A stretch of 64,000 nt of DNA from an uncultured delta proteobacterium (lineage in GTDB: Bacteria > Desulfobacterota > Desulfobacteria > Desulfobacterales > JAFDCJ01). This document shows, piece by piece, positions 19,428 to 30,264 of the stretch. The stretch is taken from positions 128,001 to 192,000 of the forward strand of contig CAVYNY010000010.1 in assembly GCA_963769935.1 (NCBI GenBank). The letters run 5' to 3'. Each line of letters starts with the position of its first letter. Position 1 is the first letter of the stretch. A program made the position numbers and the translations under genes. The notes beneath the pieces are model-generated. The model was given only the letters and a program-made list of their open reading frames with translations. It was not told the origin of the DNA and did not search any database.

Positions 19428-19817
19428 CGTTCCCTCCCCTGTTTTTTAGGATGTCAACTACCGGCGTCAAACTCATCTGCCGACACCTGCAGCATTTACG
19501 AACGATCTTTATCCCCCTTTAAACTGACGCCCGCTCCGATGCGAAAAAAGCGAGGTTGTAAAATTTGGTTAGCCGGATAACGCAATGAACGCCAAAAGCA
19601 GCAATGATATCAATCCCCTGTCGAATTGCCCCCGGAGCCCGCCCAGACTCGGCGGTACTGATATTAAGGGCGATCACATTACAAGCTTCTTATGGAAGGA
19701 ATACTTTACATAGTTTGAGAGGAAAAATCAATGGCCGGACAGATTAATTTCAGATCTTTTGCAGCTATATAGATCTTTTGCAGCTATATAAGGAATAAAT
19801 AACGAACAACCGAGACC

Positions 19818-21380
19818 TCACAACCCAATATTGTAACGCTTAATTTTATTAAGCAGCCCCTGCCGGGTGATTCCCAGCATGCCGGCGGCATGCGATCGGT
19901 TGCCTTCGGCTTTTTCAAGAGCTTCATGTACCATTTGTTTTTCAATGCGTTCCGTCACCTGCTGCAGTGTGCCGCCTTCATCAAGGTCCGGACGAAGCTG
20001 GTTGCTGGATTCAGAAATTTTGATTGAGAGGCAGGCTTCGGATATCTCTTTTTCGCTGCCGGCAAGGGTAAATGCCCTTTCGATTTCATTTTGCAGCTCG
20101 CGGACATTACCGGGCCAATTATAGGAAGAAAGCAATTCCAGGGCCGTCGATGTCAGGCGGGGTATCGGCCTTTTGAATTTTTTGGCGAATTGCTCGAAAA
20201 AGTGCGCCACCAGCAAAGGGATATCCTCTTTGCGCTCTCTCAGTGGCGGAATGGTGATCGGAAACACATTGATCCGATAAAAAAGATCCTCGCGAAAATT
20301 GCCCCGGGCCATCTCCTCTTCCAGTTTGCGGTTGGTGCAGGCAATGATTCTTACATTGACTTTGATGTAGTGCGAACCGCCGACGGGTCTGAATTGTCCG
20401 TCCTGCAGGACTCTAAGTAGTTTTACCTGCATCGTCCGCGACATCTCCCCGATCTCGTCCAACAGGACCGCCCCGCCGTCTGCCATCTCAAAAAGCCCTT
20501 TCTTGTCTGATATGGCGCCGGTGAAAGCGCCTTTTACATGGCCGAAAAGCTCACTTTCCAGAAGGTTCTCGGCTAACGCTCCGCAATTTTCGGCAATGAA
20601 AGGCTTGTTCTTCAAAGGCCCATTGTAATGAATAACTTTGGCGATCAGTTCTTTGCCGGTGCCGGTTTCACCCTGGATTAAAACCGTTGTGGTTACATCG
20701 ATAACCTTCTCCAGCAGTGAAAAAAGCTGGCGCATCGAGCTACTTGAGGCAACCAATCCCTGAACTTCGAAGCGGCTCTGAACTTCGGACATGAGTCTGC
20801 GATTTTCAGCTTCCAATGAAGTCGCATACTGCTTGAGGAGCCCGTAATGCCTTGCATTTTCAACTGCCATCGCCAGGGTTACCGCGAGAATCTCAAGCAG
20901 CAGGGAATGCTTTTTCGTAAAACTGCCTTCCAACTTGTTGATCGCATACAGGACGCCGATAATTCCCTTGGGAGTTCTCAGCGGCACACAAATCATGGAC
21001 CTGGTGCGAAGGCCTTTTTGCAAGCTAAATTCTTTATAAATTCTTTCATCCTTGGAGGCGTCCGGAATTAAAACAGTCCTGTTGTTGCGCAACACCCAGC
21101 CGGCGACGCCGAGATGATCCGGAAAATGCATTTTCTCAATATCGTTATGCTTTCCATCTTGCTGCATTTCCACAGTTTGAAGGAAGTAAAACATCTTCCG
21201 ATCCGGTTCATGCAGGGCGAGCGAAGCACCGTCAATTTGAAAAACCTCCTTTATCCTGTGCAAAACCAGGCGCAGCATTTCATCAAAATCCTTGATGGCG
21301 TAAATGGAGGTGGATACCTCATAAAGCAGGTTGAGATCTTCCCTGCTAAAGGCCGTCGACATATCCAGGGGGTTCGGCAT
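19818..21380 (-). CDS. sigma54-dependent enhancer-binding activator, GAF-AAA+-Fis HTH
   Basis: GAF-like N-terminus, GETGTGKE, ESELFGHVKGAFTGA, LLDEIGE, WPGNVREL, C-terminal HTH. Confidence 0.95.
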   Translation of the reverse strand: MPNPLDMSTAFSREDLNLLYEVSTSIYAIKDFDEMLRLVLHRIKEVFQIDGASLALHEPDRKMFYFLQTVEMQQDGKHNDIEKMHFPDHLGVAGWVLRNNRTVLIPDASKDERIYKEFSLQKGLRTRSMICVPLRTPKGIIGVLYAINKLEGSFTKKHSLLLEILAVTLAMAVENARHYGLLKQYATSLEAENRRLMSEVQSRFEVQGLVASSSSMRQLFSLLEKVIDVTTTVLIQGETGTGKELIAKVIHYNGPLKNKPFIAENCGALAENLLESELFGHVKGAFTGAISDKKGLFEMADGGAVLLDEIGEMSRTMQVKLLRVLQDGQFRPVGGSHYIKVNVRIIACTNRKLEEEMARGNFREDLFYRINVFPITIPPLRERKEDIPLLVAHFFEQFAKKFKRPIPRLTSTALELLSSYNWPGNVRELQNEIERAFTLAGSEKEISEACLSIKISESSNQLRPDLDEGGTLQQVTERIEKQMVHEALEKAEGNRSHAAGMLGITRQGLLNKIKRYNIGL

Positions 21381-21868
21381 AACTATATATCCTTCAGAGT
21401 GTGGGTCGGGTGAATGTAAATTACATTTACACTGGATATTGGATCAGGTAAAGAAAAATTACAGAAGATGTAAACTTAATTGCCGGTAGCATCTTGAACC
21501 GGCATCGCACTCTTACACGACGGTAACCCGGATAGAAACATTTTTGTAATACACCAGCCAAGGATCTTAATCTCAACTGCCGGCCTTCTTTGTAACTGTT
21601 GCCCAAACCAACGGACACCCCTTGCAAAGCTCGGTTCCGACGTAAATTTTTCTGCTTAACGTTGCAGTACCGAAAAAGAAGGCCGGCTTTTTAATCGGAG
21701 AACTTGTCAGCTGACCGTGATTACCCGGTTTGCCAAACGGGCATAAACCCTCAACAGTTTACTTTACCTTCCCCAAAAACAGACGCTCATCCCCGCCGGA
21801 AGTGAATTTCCAAGACGTCAAACTATATCAATATTTAAAAACAAAAGTGTAATTTTATAAAATAACTA

Positions 21869-22018
21869 TGACAAATTTGTGATAAATTATTCTTATTATA
21901 ACAATAATGTCATATTTATGAAAATGCGGTTGTGGTTGGCTGGTTTATATTTTACATACTATATCAATAGGTTATTAAGATTTTCGCACCCGTCTTTAAA
22001 CTTGGCATGGGCGTTGCT
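21869..22018 (+). promoter_or_regulatory. sigma54 promoter of glnK-amtB with IHF site and two candidate upstream activator sites
   Basis: TTGGCATGGGCGTTGCT at 22002-22018; TATCAATAGGTTA (WATCAANNNNTTR) at 21962-21974; TGACA-N4-TGTGA at 21869 and TAACA-N4-TGTCA at 21899. Confidence 0.75.
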
Positions 22019-22086
22019 CATCTATCGGGCGAATTCGGAAATCCCGGGAATACCATAAATCAAAATCTGCAGGAGGAAACGGGTAG

Positions 22087-22425
<339 letters not shown>

Positions 22426-22458
22426 TTATTTAAAAATTATAGGAGGCATAAGGACATC

Positions 22459-23856
22459 ATGAAGAAAATGGTACTCATCTTATTGTTTGGACTGATTTTT
22501 ATTTCTCGTACGTGGGCGGGTGATGAACCGCCGACCATAGAATCGAATAAGGCCCTGATCGATCTGGTACAGTCCCATGCCGATTACGTCTGGACCCTGG
22601 TTGCCGCGGCCCTGGTGTTTTTTATGCAGGCCGGCTTTGCCATGGTGGAAACCGGCTTCACCCGGGCCAAAAATGCCGTCAATATCATGATGAAAAACCT
22701 GTTGGATTTCGCCATGGGCTCGTTGGCTTTCTGGGCCATCGGTTTCGGAGTCATGTTCGGCGCAACGTCAACCGGCTGGTTCGGCACATCGGGTTTTTTC
22801 CTTTCCGATTTTCAAGTCGGCGGCGATCCATGGGTGCTGGCGTTCTGGATGTTCCAGGTGGTATTTGCGGCCACGGCGGCAACCATCGTTTCGGGAGCCA
22901 TGGCTGAACGAACCAAATTCTCAGGCTATCTGATTTACAGCGCCGTGGTGAGCGCCGTCATCTATCCGGTTTTCGGCAGCTGGGCCTGGGGCGGCCTCTA
23001 TAAAGGCGGAGGCTGGCTGGAAAGCCTGGGATTTATTGATTTCGCCGGTTCCACCGTGGTGCACTCCGTCGGCGGATGGGCCTCCCTGGCCGGTGCCATC
23101 GTACTCGGCCCCCGAATGGGCAAATATATGAAAGACGGAAAAATCAAGCCGATTCTGGGTCACAACCTGCCCCTGGCCGCGCTGGGCGTTTTCATTCTCT
23201 GGTTGGGGTGGTTTGGTTTCAACCCCGGATCAACAACCGCCGCCAACAAAGACATTGCCATGATCTTTGTCAACACCAACCTGGCCGCCGCCGCCGGTTG
23301 CATACTGGCCATGACAACGTCCTGGATCAAATTCGGCAAACCGGAAATCGGCATGAGTTTAAACGGTACCCTGGCCGGCCTGGTGGCAATTACCAGCCCC
23401 TGTGCCTCGGTCACCCCGCTGAGCGCCGTCATTATCGGCGCCGCTGCCGGGGTGATCGTCGTGCTCGCGGTTCTCTTTTTTGACAAGATCAAAGTCGACG
23501 ATCCGGTTGGCGCCATTTCCGTCCACGGTGTTTGCGGTGCCTGGGGGACCCTGGCCGCCGGCTTTTTCAATATCGGCGGAACCTCGGCCAAAATTATCGG
23601 GGTCCAGATACTGGGTATCGCCACCTGCTTTCTATGGGTGTTTCCGACCGCATTCATTTTATTTAAATTAATCGACAAAACCATCGGACTGAGAGTTACT
23701 CCGGAAGAAGAACTCGAAGGTCTCGATATCGCCGAGCACGGCGGTAATGCCTACCCGGATTTTGAAGTTTCCTCCTATGGCGGTGTCAGCAGTTCCGGGG
23801 GATCTGGCAGCCCTTCCGCCGTTGGTGATGCCGTCGGACAATTTGAACCCGCCTGA
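22459..23856 (+). CDS. amtB: Ammonium transporter
   Basis: FMQAGFAMVE, DFAGSTVVH, WFGFNPGS, DDPVGAISVHG. Confidence 0.97.
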   Translation: MKKMVLILLFGLIFISRTWAGDEPPTIESNKALIDLVQSHADYVWTLVAAALVFFMQAGFAMVETGFTRAKNAVNIMMKNLLDFAMGSLAFWAIGFGVMFGATSTGWFGTSGFFLSDFQVGGDPWVLAFWMFQVVFAATAATIVSGAMAERTKFSGYLIYSAVVSAVIYPVFGSWAWGGLYKGGGWLESLGFIDFAGSTVVHSVGGWASLAGAIVLGPRMGKYMKDGKIKPILGHNLPLAALGVFILWLGWFGFNPGSTTAANKDIAMIFVNTNLAAAAGCILAMTTSWIKFGKPEIGMSLNGTLAGLVAITSPCASVTPLSAVIIGAAAGVIVVLAVLFFDKIKVDDPVGAISVHGVCGAWGTLAAGFFNIGGTSAKIIGVQILGIATCFLWVFPTAFILFKLIDKTIGLRVTPEEELEGLDIAEHGGNAYPDFEVSSYGGVSSSGGSGSPSAVGDAVGQFEPA

Positions 23857-24034
23857 CACGTAAACCCAAAGTATTCCTCGCTCCGCCAACTGCCTGCCGG
23901 CAGCAGCATGGCTGCCGGCCGGCAGGCTATTTTTCAGGGCGGATGAATTATGGGTTTTACTTTGCGGGAATCGCCAAAAGCTGGTAATAGGAGCCTGAAT
24001 ATCTTTAATTTGCTCCACCCTGAAAAATAGAAAC

Positions 24035-27000
24035 ATGCGAAACCATAATTTGCCAAAACATTTATCCGGCGCGTTGACGCCCCGGGGACTTTATGATCCC
24101 ACCTTCGAGCATGATGCCTGCGGAGTGGGCATGATCTGCAACATGCACGGCGAAAAATCCCACCGGATTATCGCCGACGGCCTGCAGATTCTGGTTAACC
24201 TTACCCACCGGGGGGCCTGCGGCTGTGACGAGACCACCGGCGACGGGGCGGGCATTCTGATGCAGATGCCCCATGTCTTTTTAAAAAAGATCAGCGGGCA
24301 AGCTTCCATCAGTCTGCCGGCTGAAAAAGAATACGCCAGCGGATTGGTTTTCCTGCCGCCCGATTCCCGGCAGCGCCAAATATGTATGGATCATTTTAAA
24401 GCCGTCGTGCAGGCGGAGAAACAACAGTTTCTCGGCTGGCGCCGGGTTCCCGTAGTCAGCAAAGCCCTGGGTGAGTTGGCCCGTCAGCTGGAGCCGGCGA
24501 TCTTTCAAATCTTTATCGGCCGCGGCCCGGGGGTCGACAGCCAGGCCCATTTTGAACGCAAGCTGTTCGTCATCCGCAAGGTTATTGAAAACTTCGTCAG
24601 GCAGTCCCAACTTACCGAGGCCTCCTACTTTCATATCCCCAGCCTTTCCAGTCAAACCCTGGTGTACAAAGGAATGCTGCTGGCCGACCAGATCGAAGTC
24701 TATTATTCCGATCTGGCCGACCCGGACATGGCCAGCGCCCTGGCGATTGTCCACCAACGTTACAGCACCAACACCTTCCCCACCTGGGACCTGGCGCATC
24801 CTTTCCGGTTTCTGTGCCACAATGGCGAGATCAACACGCTGCGCGGCAATATCAACTGGATGAACGCCCGTCAGTGGCTGTTCCGGTCGGAACATTTCGG
24901 GGAAGATATGGCCAAGCTGTTTCCCATCGCGACGCCGGGGGCCAGCGACTCGGCCATATTCGACAACGTCATCGAACTGCTATATCATTCCGGTCGTTCA
25001 CTGCCCCATGCCATCATGATGCTGATTCCGGAGGCCTGGGAAAAACATGCAACCATGAGCGACGCCAAAAAGGCATTCTACGAATACCATTCGTGTCTGA
25101 TGGAACCGTGGGACGGACCGGCATCCATCGCCTTCAGCGACGGCACCTGTATCGGTGCCGTATTGGATCGCAATGGTCTGCGTCCTTCCCGCTATACCGT
25201 GACCAAAGACGGCTACGTCATTATGGCTTCGGAAACCGGCGTGCTGGAGGTCAAGCCGGAAAACGTGCACTACAAAGGCCGCCTGCAGCCGGGGCGGATG
25301 TTTCTGATCGATATAGACAAGGGCCGCATTGTTGATGACGAAGAAATCAAGGCTGAAATTGCGGCCCGCAAACCGTATCGTCAATGGCTGGCCCAAAACC
25401 GGCTGACCCTCGACCAATTGCCGCACCCCGAGCCAGGCAGCCCGGAAAATTCGCTGCCGCTGGTCGCCCGGCAGCAAGCCTTCGGCTACACTTTGGAAGA
25501 TCTGAGAATGATTCTGGCGGTTATGGCCCGGGAGGGCCAAGAACCTGTCGGATCCATGGGCGATGACATACCACCGGCCATTCTTTCCAGTCGACCGCGC
25601 CTGCTGTTTGACTATTTTAAACAACTCTTCGCCCAGGTGACGAATCCACCGCTGGATGCCATCCGCGAAGAGCTGGTGACGTCGCTGGCGACGACCATCG
25701 GGGCCGAACAGAACCTGTTTGAGGAAGATCCGCAGCACTGCCGACAGCTGAAACTGGATCAGCCGATTATCGACAATTCCCAGCTCGCGAAGATCCGCCA
25801 TATAAATAATGCTGCCATGCGTTCGGTCACGCTGTCGATGCTTTTTCCGGTGGAACAGGGCGGGCCGGGCCTGGATAAGGCCATGGCAGCACTCTGCCGC
25901 CGGGCAGCACAAGTAGTCAACGAAGGCGCAAGCATCCTGATTTTAAGCGATCGCGGCGTAGATGAACACCTGGCGCCGATACCCTCCCTGCTGGCCACCG
26001 CCGGTGTCCACCATCACCTGATCCGGCAAGGATTGCGGACCCGCTGCGGCATCGTGGCAGAGACCGGCGAAGCCCGGGAGGTTCACCACCACTGCTGCCT
26101 GATCGGATATGGTGCCGGGGCCGTCAATCCTTACCTGGCATACGATACGCTGGCAGAAATGACTGCCGGCGGGCAGCTGGAAGGCATTGCGAAGCAAGCC
26201 GCCTGCCAAAACTACAGCAAGGCGGCCGCCAAAGGTATCTTGAAAGTCATTTCAAAGATGGGCATTTCCACCCTGCAAAGCTACCGGGGTGCTCAGATTT
26301 TTGAGTGTGTAGGCCTGAACGAAACCGTCATTGAAAAATATTTTTGCGGCACGCCGTCGCGGATCGGCGGCGGCGGCCTGGATCTTATTGCCAGAGAAGT
26401 ACAAATCAGGCATCAGCATGCTTTCCCGGCGGTAAAAATAACGGCCGGCGGCCGCCTGGAACTGGGAGGCAAATACAAATGGCGCCGCACCGGTGAAGCG
26501 CATCAATACAATCCCATAAGCATTGCCAAGCTGCAGCAGGCCGTGCGCTCGAATGATGCCAGGGCCTGGGCCGAGTTTTCAGAGTTGGTCGACGCCCAAA
26601 ACCGCCGGGAAGGTCTGATTCGCGGCCTTTTTGAATTTAAAACGCCACCTGTCGCCGTCGCGCTTGATGAAGTCGAACCGGCTGAAGCGATTGTGCGCCG
26701 CCTCAAAACCGGCGCCATGTCCTACGGATCCATCAGCAAGGAAGCCCATGAAACCCTGGCAATTGCCATGAACCGCATCGGCGGCAAGAGCAACAGCGGT
26801 GAAGGCGGCGAAGACCCGGACCGGCACCAGCCCGACGCCAACGGTGATTGGCGCAACAGCGCCGTCAAACAGGTCGCCTCCGGCCGGTTCGGAGTTACCG
26901 CCGCCTATCTGGCCAATGCGACGGATCTGCAGATTAAAATGGCCCAGGGCGCCAAGCCCGGTGAAGGCGGGCAGCTGCCGGGCTTCAAGGTCTATCCCTG

Positions 27001-28585
27001 GATTGCCGCCACCCGCCATTCGACGCCGTATGTCGGGCTGATATCACCCCCGCCCCACCATGACATCTACTCCATCGAAGATCTGGCGCAATTAATTCAC
27101 GATCTGAAAAATGCCAACCCCCGAGCCCGGATCAATGTCAAACTGGTATCCGAGGCGGGTGTCGGGACGGTGGCAGCCGGAGTGGCCAAGGGCAAGGCCG
27201 ATCTGATTCTGATCAGCGGCGATTCCGGCGGCACCGGCGCATCTCCCCAGACATCCATCCGCCACGCGGGTCTGCCCTGGGAACTGGGCCTGGCGGAAAC
27301 CCAGCAGACATTGGTAATGAACGGCTTGCGCAGCCGGGTGGTGCTCGAGTGCGACGGCCAGTTAAAAACAGCCCGGGATGTGGCCATCGCCTGCCTGCTG
27401 GGGGCCGAAGAATTCGGGTTCGGCACCATCTCTCTGGTGGCTCTGGGATGCATCATGATGCGGGTCTGCCATCTGAATACCTGTCCGGTGGGCATTGCCA
27501 CGCAGGATCCGGAACTGCGCCGCAAGTTTGCCGGCAAACCTGAACATGTAATCAATTTAATGTATTTTATAGCCGAAGATCTTCGAAAGATCATGGCTCG
27601 TCTCGGGTTCCGAACCGTCCGCAAGATGGTGGGTCGGGTCGATCTGCTCGATGTCGGCCAAGCCATCAACCACTGGAAAGGGCGGAGATTTGACTTTTCA
27701 AAAATCCTGTATAAGCCTGAGGTCCCTATAGGAATCGCCGGCACCTGTTCGGTGGAGAGCCAGAACCACGGCCTTGAAAAGGCGATGGATCATCAGTTGA
27801 TCGAAAAATGCCGGCCGGCCCTGGAGCACGGAGAATCGGTTGAATTTGAAGTGCCGATCCGCAATGTGCAGCGTACGGTGGGTACGATGCTCAGCTACGA
27901 AATCTCGCGACGCTACGGCCTGAAAGGGTTACCGGCCGACACCATCGTAATCCATGCGACCGGATCGGCGGGACAGAGTTTCTGTGCTTTCGGTGCCCCC
28001 GGGCTCACGGTCCACCTGCGCGGCGATGCCAACGACTATTTCGGCAAAGGGCTGTCCGGCGCCAGATTAACCATAGCTCCCCCGGATGCCAGCACATTCA
28101 AGGCCGAAGAAAATATCATCATCGGCAACGTTGCCTTCTACGGGGCCACCAGCGGCGAGGCTTATGTCCGCGGCGTGGCCGGTGAGCGCTTCTGTGTCCG
28201 CAACAGCGGGGTTAAAGCCGTAGTTGAGGGCGTCGGAGACCATGGCTGTGAGTACATGACCGGCGGCCGGGTCGCCGTTCTGGGATCGACCGGCCGCAAT
28301 TTTGCCGCCGGCATGAGCGGCGGGGTGGCCTATGTACTGGATGAAACCGGCGATTTCGGACGCTTTCGCTGCAACTTGGAAATGGTCCAACTCGAAGTGC
28401 TCTCCGCACCGGATGATATCATCGAGCTGCAGCAGATGATCGCAAACCATTATCGCTGCACCGGCAGTGCGGTGGCACGCCGGATCCTGGACAACTGGGA
28501 AGATTTGCTTGCCAAATTCATCAAAGTGATGCCGGTGGATTACAAACGGGCGCTGGAACAAATGACAAAGGACAATAGTTATTAG
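24035..28585 (+). CDS. gltB: Glutamate synthase large subunit
   Basis: [51 protein letters not shown]-terminal domain; 1516 aa. Confidence 0.98.
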   Translation: MRNHNLPKHLSGALTPRGLYDPTFEHDACGVGMICNMHGEKSHRIIADGLQILVNLTHRGACGCDETTGDGAGILMQMPHVFLKKISGQASISLPAEKEYASGLVFLPPDSRQRQICMDHFKAVVQAEKQQFLGWRRVPVVSKALGELARQLEPAIFQIFIGRGPGVDSQAHFERKLFVIRKVIENFVRQSQLTEASYFHIPSLSSQTLVYKGMLLADQIEVYYSDLADPDMASALAIVHQRYSTNTFPTWDLAHPFRFLCHNGEINTLRGNINWMNARQWLFRSEHFGEDMAKLFPIATPGASDSAIFDNVIELLYHSGRSLPHAIMMLIPEAWEKHATMSDAKKAFYEYHSCLMEPWDGPASIAFSDGTCIGAVLDRNGLRPSRYTVTKDGYVIMASETGVLEVKPENVHYKGRLQPGRMFLIDIDKGRIVDDEEIKAEIAARKPYRQWLAQNRLTLDQLPHPEPGSPENSLPLVARQQAFGYTLEDLRMILAVMAREGQEPVGSMGDDIPPAILSSRPRLLFDYFKQLFAQVTNPPLDAIREELVTSLATTIGAEQNLFEEDPQHCRQLKLDQPIIDNSQLAKIRHINNAAMRSVTLSMLFPVEQGGPGLDKAMAALCRRAAQVVNEGASILILSDRGVDEHLAPIPSLLATAGVHHHLIRQGLRTRCGIVAETGEAREVHHHCCLIGYGAGAVNPYLAYDTLAEMTAGGQLEGIAKQAACQNYSKAAAKGILKVISKMGISTLQSYRGAQIFECVGLNETVIEKYFCGTPSRIGGGGLDLIAREVQIRHQHAFPAVKITAGGRLELGGKYKWRRTGEAHQYNPISIAKLQQAVRSNDARAWAEFSELVDAQNRREGLIRGLFEFKTPPVAVALDEVEPAEAIVRRLKTGAMSYGSISKEAHETLAIAMNRIGGKSNSGEGGEDPDRHQPDANGDWRNSAVKQVASGRFGVTAAYLANATDLQIKMAQGAKPGEGGQLPGFKVYPWIAATRHSTPYVGLISPPPHHDIYSIEDLAQLIHDLKNANPRARINVKLVSEAGVGTVAAGVAKGKADLILISGDSGGTGASPQTSIRHAGLPWELGLAETQQTLVMNGLRSRVVLECDGQLKTARDVAIACLLGAEEFGFGTISLVALGCIMMRVCHLNTCPVGIATQDPELRRKFAGKPEHVINLMYFIAEDLRKIMARLGFRTVRKMVGRVDLLDVGQAINHWKGRRFDFSKILYKPEVPIGIAGTCSVESQNHGLEKAMDHQLIEKCRPALEHGESVEFEVPIRNVQRTVGTMLSYEISRRYGLKGLPADTIVIHATGSAGQSFCAFGAPGLTVHLRGDANDYFGKGLSGARLTIAPPDASTFKAEENIIIGNVAFYGATSGEAYVRGVAGERFCVRNSGVKAVVEGVGDHGCEYMTGGRVAVLGSTGRNFAAGMSGGVAYVLDETGDFGRFRCNLEMVQLEVLSAPDDIIELQQMIANHYRCTGSAVARRILDNWEDLLAKFIKVMPVDYKRALEQMTKDNSY

Positions 28586-28703
28586 TTATTGGTTATTTGG
28601 TTAAAAGAATTAGGTGTCAGGTTTCGGGTGTCAGCAATATTAGTCAATACCGAGCCCTAAAACACAAATGCTTAAAATGAAGTGTCCGCATCAGGAACAA
28701 ATT

Positions 28704-30173
28704 ATGGGCAAACCGACAGGATTCAAGGAATACGACCGGGAGCTTCCCGCAAAACGGCCCGTGCAAGAGCGGATAAAGGATTTTAAGGAAATCTATCTGC
28801 CCTTTCCAACGGAAAATCTCAAAAAACAGGCGGCCCGCTGCATGGATTGCGGCGTGCCGACCTGCCATGCCGGCTGCCCCTTGGGCAATCTGATACCGGA
28901 CTGGAACGATTTCGTCTATTACGACCGCTGGCGCGATGCGCTTGGGCTGCTTTTGCTGACCAACAATTTTCCGGAAGTTACCGGCCGGCTCTGTCCGGCG
29001 CCCTGTGAGGAAGCCTGTGTTCTGGGCATCAATGAACCGCCGGTGACCATCGAGCAGATTGAAAAGGATATCATTGAACATGCCTTTGAGCAGGGCTGGA
29101 TTCAACCTGAGCCGCCGGAAAAACGAACCGGAAAAACGGTGGCGGTGATCGGGTCGGGCCCTGCGGGTCTGGCGTGCGCGCAGCAACTGAACCGCGCCGG
29201 GCACACCGTAACCGTATACGAGCGCGCCGACCGCATCGGCGGGCTTCTCAGATACGGAATTCCGGATTTCAAGCTGGAAAAACGGGTGCTGGACCGGCGC
29301 CTGGAACTTATGCGCCAGGAAGGTATTTGCTTTGAGGCCGGGGTCAATGCCGGGGTGGACCTGACACCGGAAGATCTCAATGGATTTGATGCCACCGTGA
29401 TTTGTACCGGGGCGACAATTCCCCGTGACCTGCCGATACCCGGACGCAACCTCAAAGGAATCCATTTTGCCATGGATTTTTTAGCCCGCCAGAACCGTTT
29501 AATCGCCGGGGACAGCCTCGCGCGGCTGAATGTCGATTTGATTTCCGCCGCCGACAAACATGTGGTGGTTATCGGCGGCGGCGACACCGGCAGCGACTGC
29601 ATCGGTACCTGCATTCGCCAGAAGGCCAAATCCGTGACCAATTTCGAGCTTTTTCCGAAACCCCCCGAGAATCGACCGGAAAGGCAACCCTGGCCTTTCT
29701 GGCCCGTCAGGATGCGCTCCAGTGCTTCCCATGAAGAGGGCTGCCGCCGGCAGTGGGGAATATCAACCAAAGCGTTTATCGGTAAGGCGGATAAAATCGC
29801 TAAACTGGCAACAATTGATGTTGAATTTGTAATCGACGGCCAAGGGCGCACCACGATGCGGGAAGTGGCCGGCTCAGAACGCGAATGGCAGGCCGACCTG
29901 GTGCTGCTCGCCTTAGGTTTCACAGGACCGGAGTCCAATACGATTGTCAGCGCCTGCAATCTGGACCTGGATGAACGCAGCAGCATTCAAATCGACAGCA
30001 ACTACATGACGAATAAACCGGGTATTTTTGCAGCCGGCGATGCCCAACGGGGCCAGTCTCTGATTGTGTGGGCCATTTCCGAAGGGCGTGAGGCGGCGCG
30101 CTGTGTGGATGCCTACTTAATGGGGGCTTCGGCCCTGCCCGCCAAAGGCGGTGGGGATTTACCCAGAATTTAA
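28704..30173 (+). CDS. gltD: Glutamate synthase small subunit
   Basis: Start MGKPTGF; RCMDCGVPTCHAGCP, GSGPAGL, GGGDTGSDC, RGQSLIVWAI. Confidence 0.97.
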   Translation: MGKPTGFKEYDRELPAKRPVQERIKDFKEIYLPFPTENLKKQAARCMDCGVPTCHAGCPLGNLIPDWNDFVYYDRWRDALGLLLLTNNFPEVTGRLCPAPCEEACVLGINEPPVTIEQIEKDIIEHAFEQGWIQPEPPEKRTGKTVAVIGSGPAGLACAQQLNRAGHTVTVYERADRIGGLLRYGIPDFKLEKRVLDRRLELMRQEGICFEAGVNAGVDLTPEDLNGFDATVICTGATIPRDLPIPGRNLKGIHFAMDFLARQNRLIAGDSLARLNVDLISAADKHVVVIGGGDTGSDCIGTCIRQKAKSVTNFELFPKPPENRPERQPWPFWPVRMRSSASHEEGCRRQWGISTKAFIGKADKIAKLATIDVEFVIDGQGRTTMREVAGSEREWQADLVLLALGFTGPESNTIVSACNLDLDERSSIQIDSNYMTNKPGIFAAGDAQRGQSLIVWAISEGREAARCVDAYLMGASALPAKGGGDLPRI

Positions 30174-30264
30174 AGTATGCGGGTTCACCTTTCAGGGCTC
30201 AAAAGGTAAAAAAAGCTTTCGAATGAGGCTCCGTCTCGCGGAAAAGCGAACGGCAGAATTTCAA

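Noticed and set aside
19752..19789. Exact 19-bp tandem duplication AGATCTTTTGCAGCTATAT
   Set aside because: Isolated; most simply slippage or an assembly artefact
19818..21380. Calling the GAF sigma54 activator nifA or fhlA
   Set aside because: The architecture is shared by many activators and there are no nif or formate hydrogenlyase genes nearby
30151..30264. N-terminal extensions in the ORF track (also at 6742, 28668, 36614, 47297, 49985, 53314)
   Set aside because: They run through intergenic or repeat DNA or overlap neighbours; downstream starts fit the family N-termini better
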